Below are positions 52,571 to 63,137 of a stretch of DNA of 64,000 bases, piece after piece. This DNA comes from Oopsacas minuta. Taxonomy: Eukaryota > Animalia > Porifera. Each line of letters begins with the position of its first letter. Position 1 is the first letter of the stretch. Made by a program: the position numbers and the translations under genes. Under the pieces are notes generated by a model, which saw only the letters and a list, made by a program, of their open reading frames with translations, was not told the DNA's origin and searched no databases. The DNA is taken from assembly GCA_024704765.1 (NCBI GenBank), contig JAKMXF010000177.1:248001-312000 (forward strand), given 5' to 3'.

Positions 52571-55229
52571 AATGAGCGTAGGTAGCACTAGAAGTAAGAA
52601 GGCACCACCTTTACCACTATGATTCAACGTGTATTAAAAGCTATTTTACCTCCATACTAGTTAAACCAATGTTTTATCCTTTGTATAGAGAATACATACG
52701 TAAATCACATAAAAATAGCATAATATTTATTAATGTAATTTCTATCCTTCGAGTGTACAAAAAGGAAACTGACTGTAGTAAATTTTAGGTGGCGCCGCCC
52801 TATCTACGCCCTGATTATTAAACTCAGACACTCAGCTAGCTTAGAGGCGCGAAAAAGGAGTCACTCGATTTGGTAAGGATAAATTTTGACTTTGAGAATA
52901 GCATCTTGTCACATTTCCGACATATTCTTGCATTGCTAGTGCAAAATATACCTAAAAATTTAAAATGACCACTTAATTGACAGAAAATTTGAAACTGATT
53001 ACTAATATCGATATAAAACTATAATTGGACATGTATAGACGTTAGCTTTATTCTTAAAACTTGTAGGTGCTATAAACTGACGAAAAAATTCCCAAAATTC
53101 CCAAAATCGGATTTTAGCGAATTCGAAGATGTCATAGAGCATAAAATTTTTAATCCGGCAGTATCAATTTGTTAATATAACAATTGTTCGCGGTAAACCC
53201 TCCAACCGTATATGCTAATTCACGAATTGGCTTAAAGTTACTGACATCGAAAGTAGATCTAGATAACTGAATTATATATTGAAAGGTACACAAATAGAAT
53301 TCGCATTTCATTAGAATAGGGAGGTTTGCTTGCCAGTCAACTCAGTGACAGCATATCGCTCGACATTTCGTACATCGCATTTAGCTTAAGTATACAACAT
53401 GGCAAAAGTTAATGAAAGGTCATCCCAAAAGAAATATTAGTGCCAATGTTGTGAAACTAAAGCAGCTAAACAAGTAGCGAAATGAAACTCAGCACTTTGT
53501 TAATGGAATAATATTTGCTGGAATTCACTCCAAAAATAGAAGTAGCGGGCTTCGCTTGCTAGGTCGCTATGCGACAGCTTAGTGCCTCAGGTTAGCTTAA
53601 GTATTATAAAGAGAACTTTCTTAGTACTTTTGGTAGCTATGCAACGCAATATACTCAGCACTTCGTGCACTGAATGTATGAAATGACAGAAATTTTGATC
53701 CCATGGTCCATTCAAATTCCAATTAATGGCCTTCTGCGGTAATACTGGAGTTAATACGTGGCTTTTTGTTCAGTAATCTGAGCACTTTATGCTCGAGTAA
53801 ATATGAAATTCTCAAAGAAAATCTAATTCGGGAATTTTTATTGTTTGTAGTCATAATGACGTAATAATCCCATGATTAGTCAGCATTTAGCAAAATCATG
53901 AAGTCAGGACATTTGGCATATTTGGGGTACCTGTGATTAAATTTCAATATTCTATCATCTATATTTGCTGAGCAGTGGTAAAAAATGTGATTTTCGGAAT
54001 TCCAAAGTTGACAATTACGCCATATCTACGTCATAGGTGTGAATATTCGTTCAAGACTTAAATATCCGAGCCAGCCCCAAAAGACCCATACATACCAAAT
54101 TTCAGCTTTATGGCTCTTACAGGTTCTTCAATCAATTCCGAAAATACCGTTATAATTATTCATACATATATACACATACTTTAATCTATATAAGGAAAGC
54201 TCAATTATTGTGGCTATGTGTGTGTGTTCGATTGTCTGTCCACTTTGTATTATAATAATAGGGGAAGATGATCTGTGTATATAATATAGGGAATAACACC
54301 TCTTTCTGTTGAAGATATAGGAAAGTATACAATAACATTGGGTAATCGAGTATGCTGATTCCGATTTATCATATGTGTTGGGTGATGAAATTAAAATACA
54401 CAAATAGTTAAAATCTCGAAATATACTTAGAGACATGCTCTCAACAGAAATATAGGGGTAATCAAGTACGCTGAATCCGAATTTCGCAATTTCAAGTTTC
54501 TCATATGCAAATTTATTGTTGTTTTTATGAGTATATAGTAAACAAATAGTTGAAATCTCAATTGTTTGATTACTTTATCACTAGTTGAGTTCTAATAGTA
54601 TAGAATTATACAAAATAGTATAGTCGGCCCAGTAAAACACGTATTAGTTCAATTATCCTGGAAATATCGGAATGTAATTCTACTGATCACTGTCAATCTA
54701 CTACAGATGTACAAACTCAAGCATGAGTAATATATGATAAATGAGGATATGATATACCCTGTCAGGAAATATTTTGTGTTGTTTTTGTCCGATCGGACAT
54801 AAAAAACCTGATATGTTTGATCTGCTGAACTTGAGGTCTTGCCAAACCGAATATTTTTTACCATAGCCTACTATAGATAAGGCTAACAGTAACTTGTGGA
54901 TTTGGGACTAGGGATACGTTAGCCGATTTATGAGAATTCTATATTGCAGAAACTGCGCAATTTTGCTCGAATACATGTATTGCAAAATTATGGAGCAACG
55001 AAACATCAACTATAATTATGTAAAAATTCAGGAATGTGTGGAATTATTTGTCTAGTAAGCATTAATCACTAAACTAAATCAAAATTATATGCCTTGGAGA
55101 ACGTATGTACTTCACATTCAGAGTGCGATTTAAGTTATATCCCAAATTTCGACTACCGACAAATTGAAGCATAACCAGTGTATTAGTGTTTCAATTTGTG
55201 GGTAATCTTCACAATCCACGTGGTTTCTA

Positions 55230-56542
55230 CAGGGTTGGGCATAAGTTCTGCCACAATATTATAATCCAGCCAAAAATTATTCCATTAGTTATTTGTATCT
55301 GTCATTTAGCTCAAACTTTGTTATAATATATATTTTTCACTCTTTCCCTGAAATTTTATATTATCTTAGCCTTTTGAAGCGATAATTGGTCATGGAGCAA
55401 GAGAGGTCGAAAATCATTGAATTATTTCAAGCAGGAAAAAATCCTTCAGAAATCTTCAATCTTCTGAAATTCCCTAATAGCAGAAGGAAGTTCATAACTC
55501 GAACTATTGAGCGATATGAAGTGACTGGCGGGATTACTGATAAACCAAGATCTGGCCGTCCACGGTCTGTAACGACTCAAAGGCTTAAAAAAGTAGTACG
55601 TCAACGAATTCGCCGAAATCCCCGCCGGTCAATGAGCAAAATGGCCAAAGAACTAAGAGTTTCACGTAGATCAATCGGACGAGTTGTTAAAAATGACTTG
55701 CATATGCGCTCTTTCAAGAGAAAGAGAGTCCATCACATCACGACCCTAGTGAAGGCAAAAAGAGCATCAAGAAGCAAGGGACTTCTTAAGAGGCACGCGA
55801 TCCATGGTCTCAATTCATTCCTGTTCTCAGATGAGAAATTATTCACCATTGAGGAAGCAACGAACCCTCAAAATGATCGCATTATCTCATCCTCAATTTC
55901 TTCTATCCCAGAAGAACTTCGATATGTCAGCCGTATACAAAAGCCACTTTCAGTCATGGTTTGGGCGAGAATATCATCAATTGGCCGGACACCACTCATA
56001 TTCGTGCCTGCTGGCGTAAAAATCGACACCCGAACCTACCGTGAGCTTATTTTAGAACCTGTAATACAAGATCTCTCTAAAACTATGTTTTCTGGGAAAC
56101 CTTTCGTGTTCCAACAAGATGGTGCTCCAGCCCACACATCGAATGCCACTCAGGCCTGGCTTCGAAGCAATAATCCAGATTTTATTCAAAAGGAAGAATG
56201 GCCACCATACAGCCCCGATTTAAATCCAATGGATTATTCTATCTGGTCCATTTTGGAAACGAGGGCATGTTTGAAGTCTCACACCAATATAGACTCTCTG
56301 AAAAAGTCTTTGTGTCGAGAATGGGAGAGAATACCCCAAGAAATACTCCGTGCCGCTGTAGAGGCCTTCCCTAAGAGACTAAAGGCTGTAATTGAAAGAA
56401 AAGGAGGATACATCGAATAATTAACGTATCTGCGAATCTATATACTATATTTAGTAGTACATACCGAATTTCAACATAATACAATATATCAATCGGAAAA
56501 TATAGTTATTTAAAAATGTGGCAGAACTTATGCCCAACCCTG
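55230..56542 (+). mobile_element. Young maT (DD37D) transposon (1313 bp)
   Basis: Perfect 26-bp TIR CAGGGTTGGGCATAAGTTCTGCCACA; TA flanks at 55228-55229 and 56543-56544. Confidence 0.96.
55392..56420 (+). CDS. Intact DD37D (maT family) transposase, 342 aa
   Basis: Uninterrupted ORF from ATG 55392: HTH/RSGRPRS, FSDEKLF, FQQDGAPAH, WPPYSPDLNPMDY with 37 residues between the second and third D. Confidence 0.95.
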   Translation: MEQERSKIIELFQAGKNPSEIFNLLKFPNSRRKFITRTIERYEVTGGITDKPRSGRPRSVTTQRLKKVVRQRIRRNPRRSMSKMAKELRVSRRSIGRVVKNDLHMRSFKRKRVHHITTLVKAKRASRSKGLLKRHAIHGLNSFLFSDEKLFTIEEATNPQNDRIISSSISSIPEELRYVSRIQKPLSVMVWARISSIGRTPLIFVPAGVKIDTRTYRELILEPVIQDLSKTMFSGKPFVFQQDGAPAHTSNATQAWLRSNNPDFIQKEEWPPYSPDLNPMDYSIWSILETRACLKSHTNIDSLKKSLCREWERIPQEILRAAVEAFPKRLKAVIERKGGYIE

Positions 56543-57165
56543 TAATAGTCAAATTGATAGAATAATATCACCCACGACATGTAGCAATAATGAAATGCTC
56601 AGATATGCCCCTCGGATGCAAAAACCTCTCTCAGTGATGGTTTGGGCTGGAATATCCGCTTGTGGGCGAACTCCTATGATTTTGTCCCCGATAGGGTTAA
56701 AATCAATGCTTTTACTTACCGTGAGTTGATTTTTTTTATTCTATGGCAAACAGTGTTCAATGGGAATTCCTTCGTGTTCCAACAAGATGAAGCCCCGCCC
56801 ATACCGCAATGCAACTCAAAATTGGATTCACAGGAATAACTCGGGTTTATCAGAAAAGAACAGTGGCCCCCCCTACAGTCCAGACCAAAATCCCATTGAT
56901 TATTCTGTATGGTCCATTCTCGAAACAAATGCCTATAGTAAGTTTGAACAGATCTTTGGTAGCAGAATGGCAGATAGTCCCCCAAGAGGTCCTACATACC
57001 TCAGTAGGGGCTCTACCAAGCAGACTGAAAGAGTTATTAAAACCAAAGATGAATATATTTAATAGCAATTCGTAATTCGTATTGTAGTAGCTAGATGAGA
57101 ATTTAAAATGATAAAGAATTATTATTCACATAATTGGGACAGAACTTAAATCGTACCCTGTATAT

Positions 57166-59019
57166 CAGGGGTTTCCAACCTTCTCGAACAAGGGGCCACA
57201 TTCCAACTTTATTTCAGATAAAGTTCCGATGAATAAATGTGAACTGATATTTTTTGCAATTAATTAGATGAAAGTTTAATAATAGCTATATATTGCTTTA
57301 CTCTTGAAATTTAATGAAATGTTTGGCATTGTTTTTGCTTGCTCAAGTGGTCAATGTCTGCCGGTACACTTGATGTAGCGATACGAAGTATTCAGATAAG
57401 ATGTTCGTCTGTCAATTTAGATCGGGTATTTGTTTCAACGGTTTCATTCTTGAAAGAAACTGTTCGCAGCAATATATATTTCCTAACAGCGCAATGAAAT
57501 GAAGTGCAAATTGCGAGATATTTGGATAGGACGCTGAGATAACATATTTACGATAAAATGTTAGGAGATCATGTTCGGCGAAAGCCCTCTTCAAATCACT
57601 GTCACTTTGAATGTAAATTAGTTACAATTGGGACATGGCATGAGCATCATTGGCATCAATCCTAAATGGATCTGAACACAGTTTGAGTTCATCACAGTGT
57701 TCCCTGAAATCGCAAACCTTTGTTCAAATTCATCTTAGAATTCTAATGAGAGTAGAATACTTATCATACTTCACTCGTTCCATCCCTAGTAGATAGAGTT
57801 GTGAAATATACAACTTTCATGTTAATCAACTGTGTATGAATCAATTCTAATTTTTGAATGAACGTTTGTACATGTTCATACAGTTTGTTGACACAATGTT
57901 CCTTTCCTAGTAGCTTCACCTTAAGTTCCGCAAGATACTTGGTAATATCAACTAGAAATGCCAAGTCATTCAACCATTGATCATCTTCCATTAAGCTTAA
58001 ATCCTTTTCTTTGCTCTTTCTAAAGAATTGAAATTTCTTCAAGTAGGGAATAGAATCTGGCAAGAGTGGCCGCTCTGCAGAGCCATCGGACATGGATGAA
58101 ATAAATAACATCGTCGTGGTCTGATCCTACTTCTGTTAGAAAGGCCTGAAATTTTCTGTGATTGAATCCCTTAGATCTAATGAAATTGACGATAGAAACA
58201 ACGTTTTCTATCACATGTTTCATCTCCAGGGTTTTGCACGCTGTTGTTTTGGTGAATGATGCAGTGATATGAAATGACTTCATGAGATACATATTTAAGC
58301 ACTAGACTAGTGAATCATTTATGATTTCCTATCATCTCAGGGGCTCCATCAGTTGCTATGCCACAAACTTTGTCCCGACCTAGATTGAATTTTAACATTA
58401 CATGTTTTACTTCGTCGAAATGTCTTGTCCTGTTGTTGTACCTTTCATGGGACATAGGTCGAGTAGTTCTTCAACGACTTCAAAACATTTGGTCACTCCT
58501 CTTATAAATATTGCGAGTTGAGCAGTATCACACACATCTGTGCTTTCATCGATGGCTAGACTATAAAATTGACAAGCACCGAGTTTGTTGATCAAAGTCT
58601 TTTGAATATTGGTTGCTAGGTCATCCACTCTTTTAGCAACGGTCTGAGATGAAAGGCTGGTGTTCTCTACTATCGACTTTCTCTCAGGATATACTACAGA
58701 TGTAAATAAGTTCATAGAGTCTTTCACAAATTCTGCATCAGATAATGGTTTCCCTCTCTTCGCTATTGACATATCAGGCACAATATGACCTCATTGTGCT
58801 CGATTACAAAATAATCATTCGTCCAAGATCCTTTGAAAAGCGTTACAATTATGGTAAATTCATGATAGCCTTTTTATAGTATACATTCAACTTCACACAC
58901 CCTTGTGATATAATTCGATATGATAATCCCCAAATATTATTATATAATCTCAAAATTCATGATCACGTCTTTTTGTTAAGAGATGTCATATCAAAATGTA
59001 TTATAAGAATATGGGAAGT
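57166..59019 (-). mobile_element. hAT Charlie/SPIN-type (GTF2IRD2-like) element, decayed; only one end seen
   Basis: CAGGGGTTTCCAACCTT end at 57166; minus-strand WTNDYF...LCLIC, GKPLSDAEF, SLAIDESTD, TDGAP, RWLCR, YCCEQF fragments. Confidence 0.85.
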
Positions 59020-59466
59020 CAGCCGCCGTATTCACTAAGCATACTTAGTTAAGTACGTACTTAAGTCGTATTCACTAAGAGTTAAGTACGTACTTAAGTA
59101 TGTACTTAACTAAGTGCATACTTAAGTATCACTTATATTCATGAATTTGTGAGTTTCTGATGGATTGCTTTACAGAATTACTTTCAATCATTCAGGAATA
59201 TATTTCAAAACTTTCATGGTTTATGCATGATCTCACGATAATATTGTGGTTTACGTTCATGAAATACTTCACAAATAATGTTACAAGGAATTCCTCAAAC
59301 GCTTATGATATAACATATCTGTTACTAAGGAATGCATTACTTTGTACGTAATATTAAATAATATCATTCTGAATTATACATTCCAAGTTACACTAATGAC
59401 TGTTTTGCTAAATACAATTATGATCAAATATAATATATAAATATTCCAGTATTTTAATATAAACAA

Positions 59467-60509
59467 ATGGCACAGATGATTCCACTATTTCTCGCAGAAG
59501 AAGAAACCTCTTCCTCAATGGCACGTCAACGAGTTTTCAGGGATCTCAATGATCCCCCAGATTGTTATGATGATATGGAACTTGTTCGACGTTTCCGTTT
59601 CTCTAGAGTTTCAATATCTAAAATTACAGAGTTGATAGCTAACTATTTGAATTTCACCGAGCGTTCTTGTGCTGCTTCCCCTCACTTGCAAGTTTGTGTG
59701 GCACTTCAGTTTTTCGCTTCTGGAACGTTCCAGATAATTTGTGGGGATGGGATAAACGCAAGCCAAGCTTCTGCCTCTCGTTATATCCGAGATGTTTCTC
59801 TGGGTTTGCAAGCTATATACCATCAGTTTGTTAGTTTGCCTGGTCTCAAGAGGGTAGAAGTTAAAACAAGTTTTATGAAATTGCTCACTTTCCAGGCGTA
59901 GTAGGATTAGTTGACGGAACACACATACGAATCCAAAGACCCTCGGAAAATGAAGCAGATTATATAAATCGGCATTTTTACCACTCAATTAATGTCCAAG
60001 CTATTTGCCAACCAGATGGAATGTTTAGTGATGTATTGGCACGTTTTCCTGGGTCTGTTCACGATTCACGGATTTGGAAGAATTCAGGTGTTGGGATGCA
60101 TGTTGAAAATACCTTTTCAATAGGGGAGCATATATTAGGAGATAGCGGTTACATGATGAGGCCATATTTACTCACTCCTTATCGCCAACCAATATCTACT
60201 CCCCAATTTAACTACAACTATGCACATAAGAGGACAAGGGTTATTGTTGAACAGACATTTGGGCGATGGAAACGAAGATTCCACTGTCTTCATGGAGAGC
60301 TCAGGATGAGTCCAGATAAAGTTTGTTTCATCATAGTTGCTTGTGCAGTATTGCATAACATAGCAATACAGTGGAAACAACCTCTCTTAGAAGATGAAGT
60401 CTCCGATTATTCCTATCCGGATGATGTTCTTGACTTTGAAGAAACTGTTGGGCATTTGGCATCAAAGCATTACAGGGATCAATTTTCTATTCATAATTTC
60501 AGCAACTAA
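59467..60509 (+). pseudogene. Harbinger (HARBI1-like) DDE transposase, one frameshift near 59868
   Basis: RFRFSR, LQFFASG, FPGVVGLVDGTHI, SINVQAIC, FPGSVHDSRIW, GDSGY, YNYAHKRTRVIVEQTFGRWKRRF, ACAVLHN. One added base gives a 347-aa ORF. Confidence 0.92.
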
Positions 60510-60681
60510 ATTCACATAGCATATATGTTGTGATGTAGATATGGAAACATTTTGCACAGTTAATGATTATAAGGTAACATGGAAATTGTAGTTTTGAAAC
60601 ATCTAAGTAGGGTGTTGGTCTTTGTAGTTGGGATATTTATTTGTGAAATGTATCAAGTATCGCACTTGAATTTGGAGCTAG

Positions 60682-61464
60682 TTGTTGCATTATGAAAACT
60701 ATAAATTGGTGGAGGTTATTGATATTCCAAAGCAAGAGTATGGACAAGGTCGCAAAGTAAATTGGACAAAGGAGGAGGAGTATACACTCATTGAGGCAAT
60801 CCAGGATGCTGGAGATATATTGAGAGGTACTGCTGGTCAGTGCGCGGAGATAAACAAAAAAAAGACGGGGCTTTGGAACAATGTTATGAGGAAAATCAAT
60901 TCCATCCATAGCAACAACCGAGATGTGAAAGATGTAAAGAAGAAGTGGAACAATCTAAAAGGTTCCGCAAAAGCCCGTGTGGATTCCAGTCGAAGGGAAG
61001 CGAGGAGGACAGGAGGAGGGCCAAATGAAGCTGGTGAAGTGGAGGATGAAGACATCCGGATCCTTAGCTCCGATAGGGAAATATCCACATCTGTGACGGA
61101 GAGAGTATCACAGATGTTCTCAAGTACGCCAGCGTTCTCTGGAATATGTGGTAGTGTTGATATGTTTCAAGCCCCAACAACATTGCCTTCACACACTGAG
61201 ATTAGCGAAAGCAGGGAAATAACACCAGTGTTTGAGGGACCAGAAGTTACTGTAGTTAACAGTCGTCCAGAGGGGAGGCGTAGGCGTAAGAGGAGCATCG
61301 AACAGTCAACAAAGGTCTCTGATTTACTTCCTCTGCAACGAGAAGTGCTCCTTAAACAGATGGAAGTATTCTCGGCTCAACTACAGCTGAATGAAGAGCA
61401 GAGGGAGTATTATCGTCATAAAAAGCAGAGACTTTTAGAAAAAGATCAACAGCAGCAGCTTTAG
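60682..61464 (+). CDS. Harbinger Myb/SANT-like DNA-binding protein (start codon uncertain)
   Basis: RKVNWTKEEEYTLI...W...I...R....VKKKWNNLK...RRTGGG trihelix pattern and a C-terminal coiled-coil. The ORF has no in-frame ATG before the domain; an out-of-frame ATG is at 60740. Confidence 0.82.
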   Translation: MLHYENYKLVEVIDIPKQEYGQGRKVNWTKEEEYTLIEAIQDAGDILRGTAGQCAEINKKKTGLWNNVMRKINSIHSNNRDVKDVKKKWNNLKGSAKARVDSSRREARRTGGGPNEAGEVEDEDIRILSSDREISTSVTERVSQMFSSTPAFSGICGSVDMFQAPTTLPSHTEISESREITPVFEGPEVTVVNSRPEGRRRRKRSIEQSTKVSDLLPLQREVLLKQMEVFSAQLQLNEEQREYYRHKKQRLLEKDQQQQL

Positions 61465-62685
61465 ATATACGATTTAGTCATATTGTAACATCATAGAAAA
61501 TCATAATTTATAGTGAAAGTATGAATTAATCAAAGAAAACGAGTGACTGAAGTGATTACATCAATGTTATCGATAAATATAATATGTTTGGAAACTTAAA
61601 ATAGAGCTTGAATAACTTAAGCAACCTCGGTAGGTTACTTAACTTTTGTACTTAAGTACATACTTAAGTATGAGCTTAAATCTTAGTGAATACCAATCTT
61701 AGTGAATACGGCCCCAGGTCTATATTATATGTTGGCTTTGCTGAATTGACAATAATTGTAACGATTATCGAGTTATATGAGGATATTAACAAAACATATG
61801 ACATCCATGAGCCGCAATGCCGCCATCTGGGCGACTTTTCTGCTAGTTCCTGCGGAATGCTTTTACGGGCATTCGGCCCTCGCGATTGTTTTTTGGAGTG
61901 TGCGAACGCTACGCGTCCACATATAATAGCTCTTAGTGAACAATCAAAAGCATGATAGGTCATCTGATTTTGAGTGAAAAGCTATGAGGTGGTAATCATG
62001 GTGGTAGTAAGGAGTTTAGAAACTCAGTTGGATATTGAACAGCATAATTCTGATCCACTACGGTGTCTATTGATTTGTAGGTGATATGTAGGTGATGTTA
62101 TCACCTACTCCGAAAAATGCATTGATTTCTATGGGCGAGTTGTAAAATTCACATATCTTGTCCAAAAATGGTTCGATTCGAAAAATAATTCTTATTTGTA
62201 GGAAAAGTTGAGTACTATTTAGTCGACACACAAAATTTGGTTCTAATCAGCCTAGGCATCTCTGAAAAAACGCGCGGATATACACATACACATACACTTT
62301 GTTTATATATATATAGATTGTCATGATGAAATCCCAACATTTCTGAGTTATCTCACAGGCCAGTGTGTATATTTTTTGTAGAGAAACAGTTTTAAATCAT
62401 TTGGTAATTCAACATTTTGAACATAGATTAATAATTAACGTTCTATATGGTTTCAAAGATTAAGCATTTGTTGATACATACTTACCAATTAGGCTAACGT
62501 CATTTCGCTCTGAAAATTTCACAAATGTTGCTTTTGGAATCCTTACATATTAATAATACATTTATTCGGGTGAGAAAGTACCAATTTCATTTATTGGCGA
62601 TTAAAGAATTTCCAATCAAAGTATATCACTTCCCTTTATCCCAGGTCAAAAGTAGTGATCAGGCCTTACCATTAGTAGGCTACGG

Positions 62686-63137
62686 AATATCAAATAATTG
62701 TAATACAAAGGTTAACTTGTTCTTGACTTACAGTAAAGTCCAGGGATGACACATTTTCCCAATTAACAATTATAACTCTATAATCGATACTAGTTAGTGT
62801 TATTGTCAAAATAAGATAGCCAATTTGTAATATATACCCGACTTCCCATAACTTTATAATATACTTTGAGATGATCTCCAAAACTATTGCGTATTGCGAA
62901 AAATTATCATACGTGGGCATATTTACGATCACGTTAAATTGGTAAGAGATATTATATCAAAGTATATTATAACTTACAAGGGTATGAGAATTCGTGAATA
63001 TATTACAAATTAGCTAAACTCATTTGATATAATCAAGACTATTATCGAGTTATAAGTGTATATTGAGAAAAAGTGTTATCCCTGGTCTCTATCGTAGTCA
63101 AAAACGAGCCAACTTTTGTAATACAATTATTGATATT
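62686..63137. repeat. About 450-bp degenerate palindrome, part of a dispersed repeat family (also at 24300-26340 and 54862-55115)
   Basis: aatatcaaataattgtaatacaaaggttaac...ccagggatgacacatttt versus the reverse complement of aaaaagtgttatccctgg...aacttttgtaatacaattattgatatt; the inner arms also pair (gccaatttgtaatata... versus ...tatattacaaattagc). Confidence 0.75.

Larger units (their letters stand above)
55119..57160 (+). mobile_element. Old, internally deleted maT-type element hosting the young maT copy
   Basis: Left end CAGAGTGCGATTTAAGTTATATCCC versus right end reverse complement CAGGGTACGATTTAAGTTCTGTCCC (21/25); decayed transposase 3' half at 56590-57060 (KPLSVMVWAG, FQQDEAP, PPYSPDQNPIDY). 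Confidence 0.7.
59023..61714 (+). mobile_element. PIF/Harbinger transposon with transposase and Myb/SANT genes (2692 bp)
   Basis: Ends CCGCCGTATTCACTAAG / GGGCCGTATTCACTAAG (15/17); 3-bp TSD CAG (59020-59022 and 61715-61717); palindromic subterminal repeats; two co-oriented genes. Confidence 0.9.
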
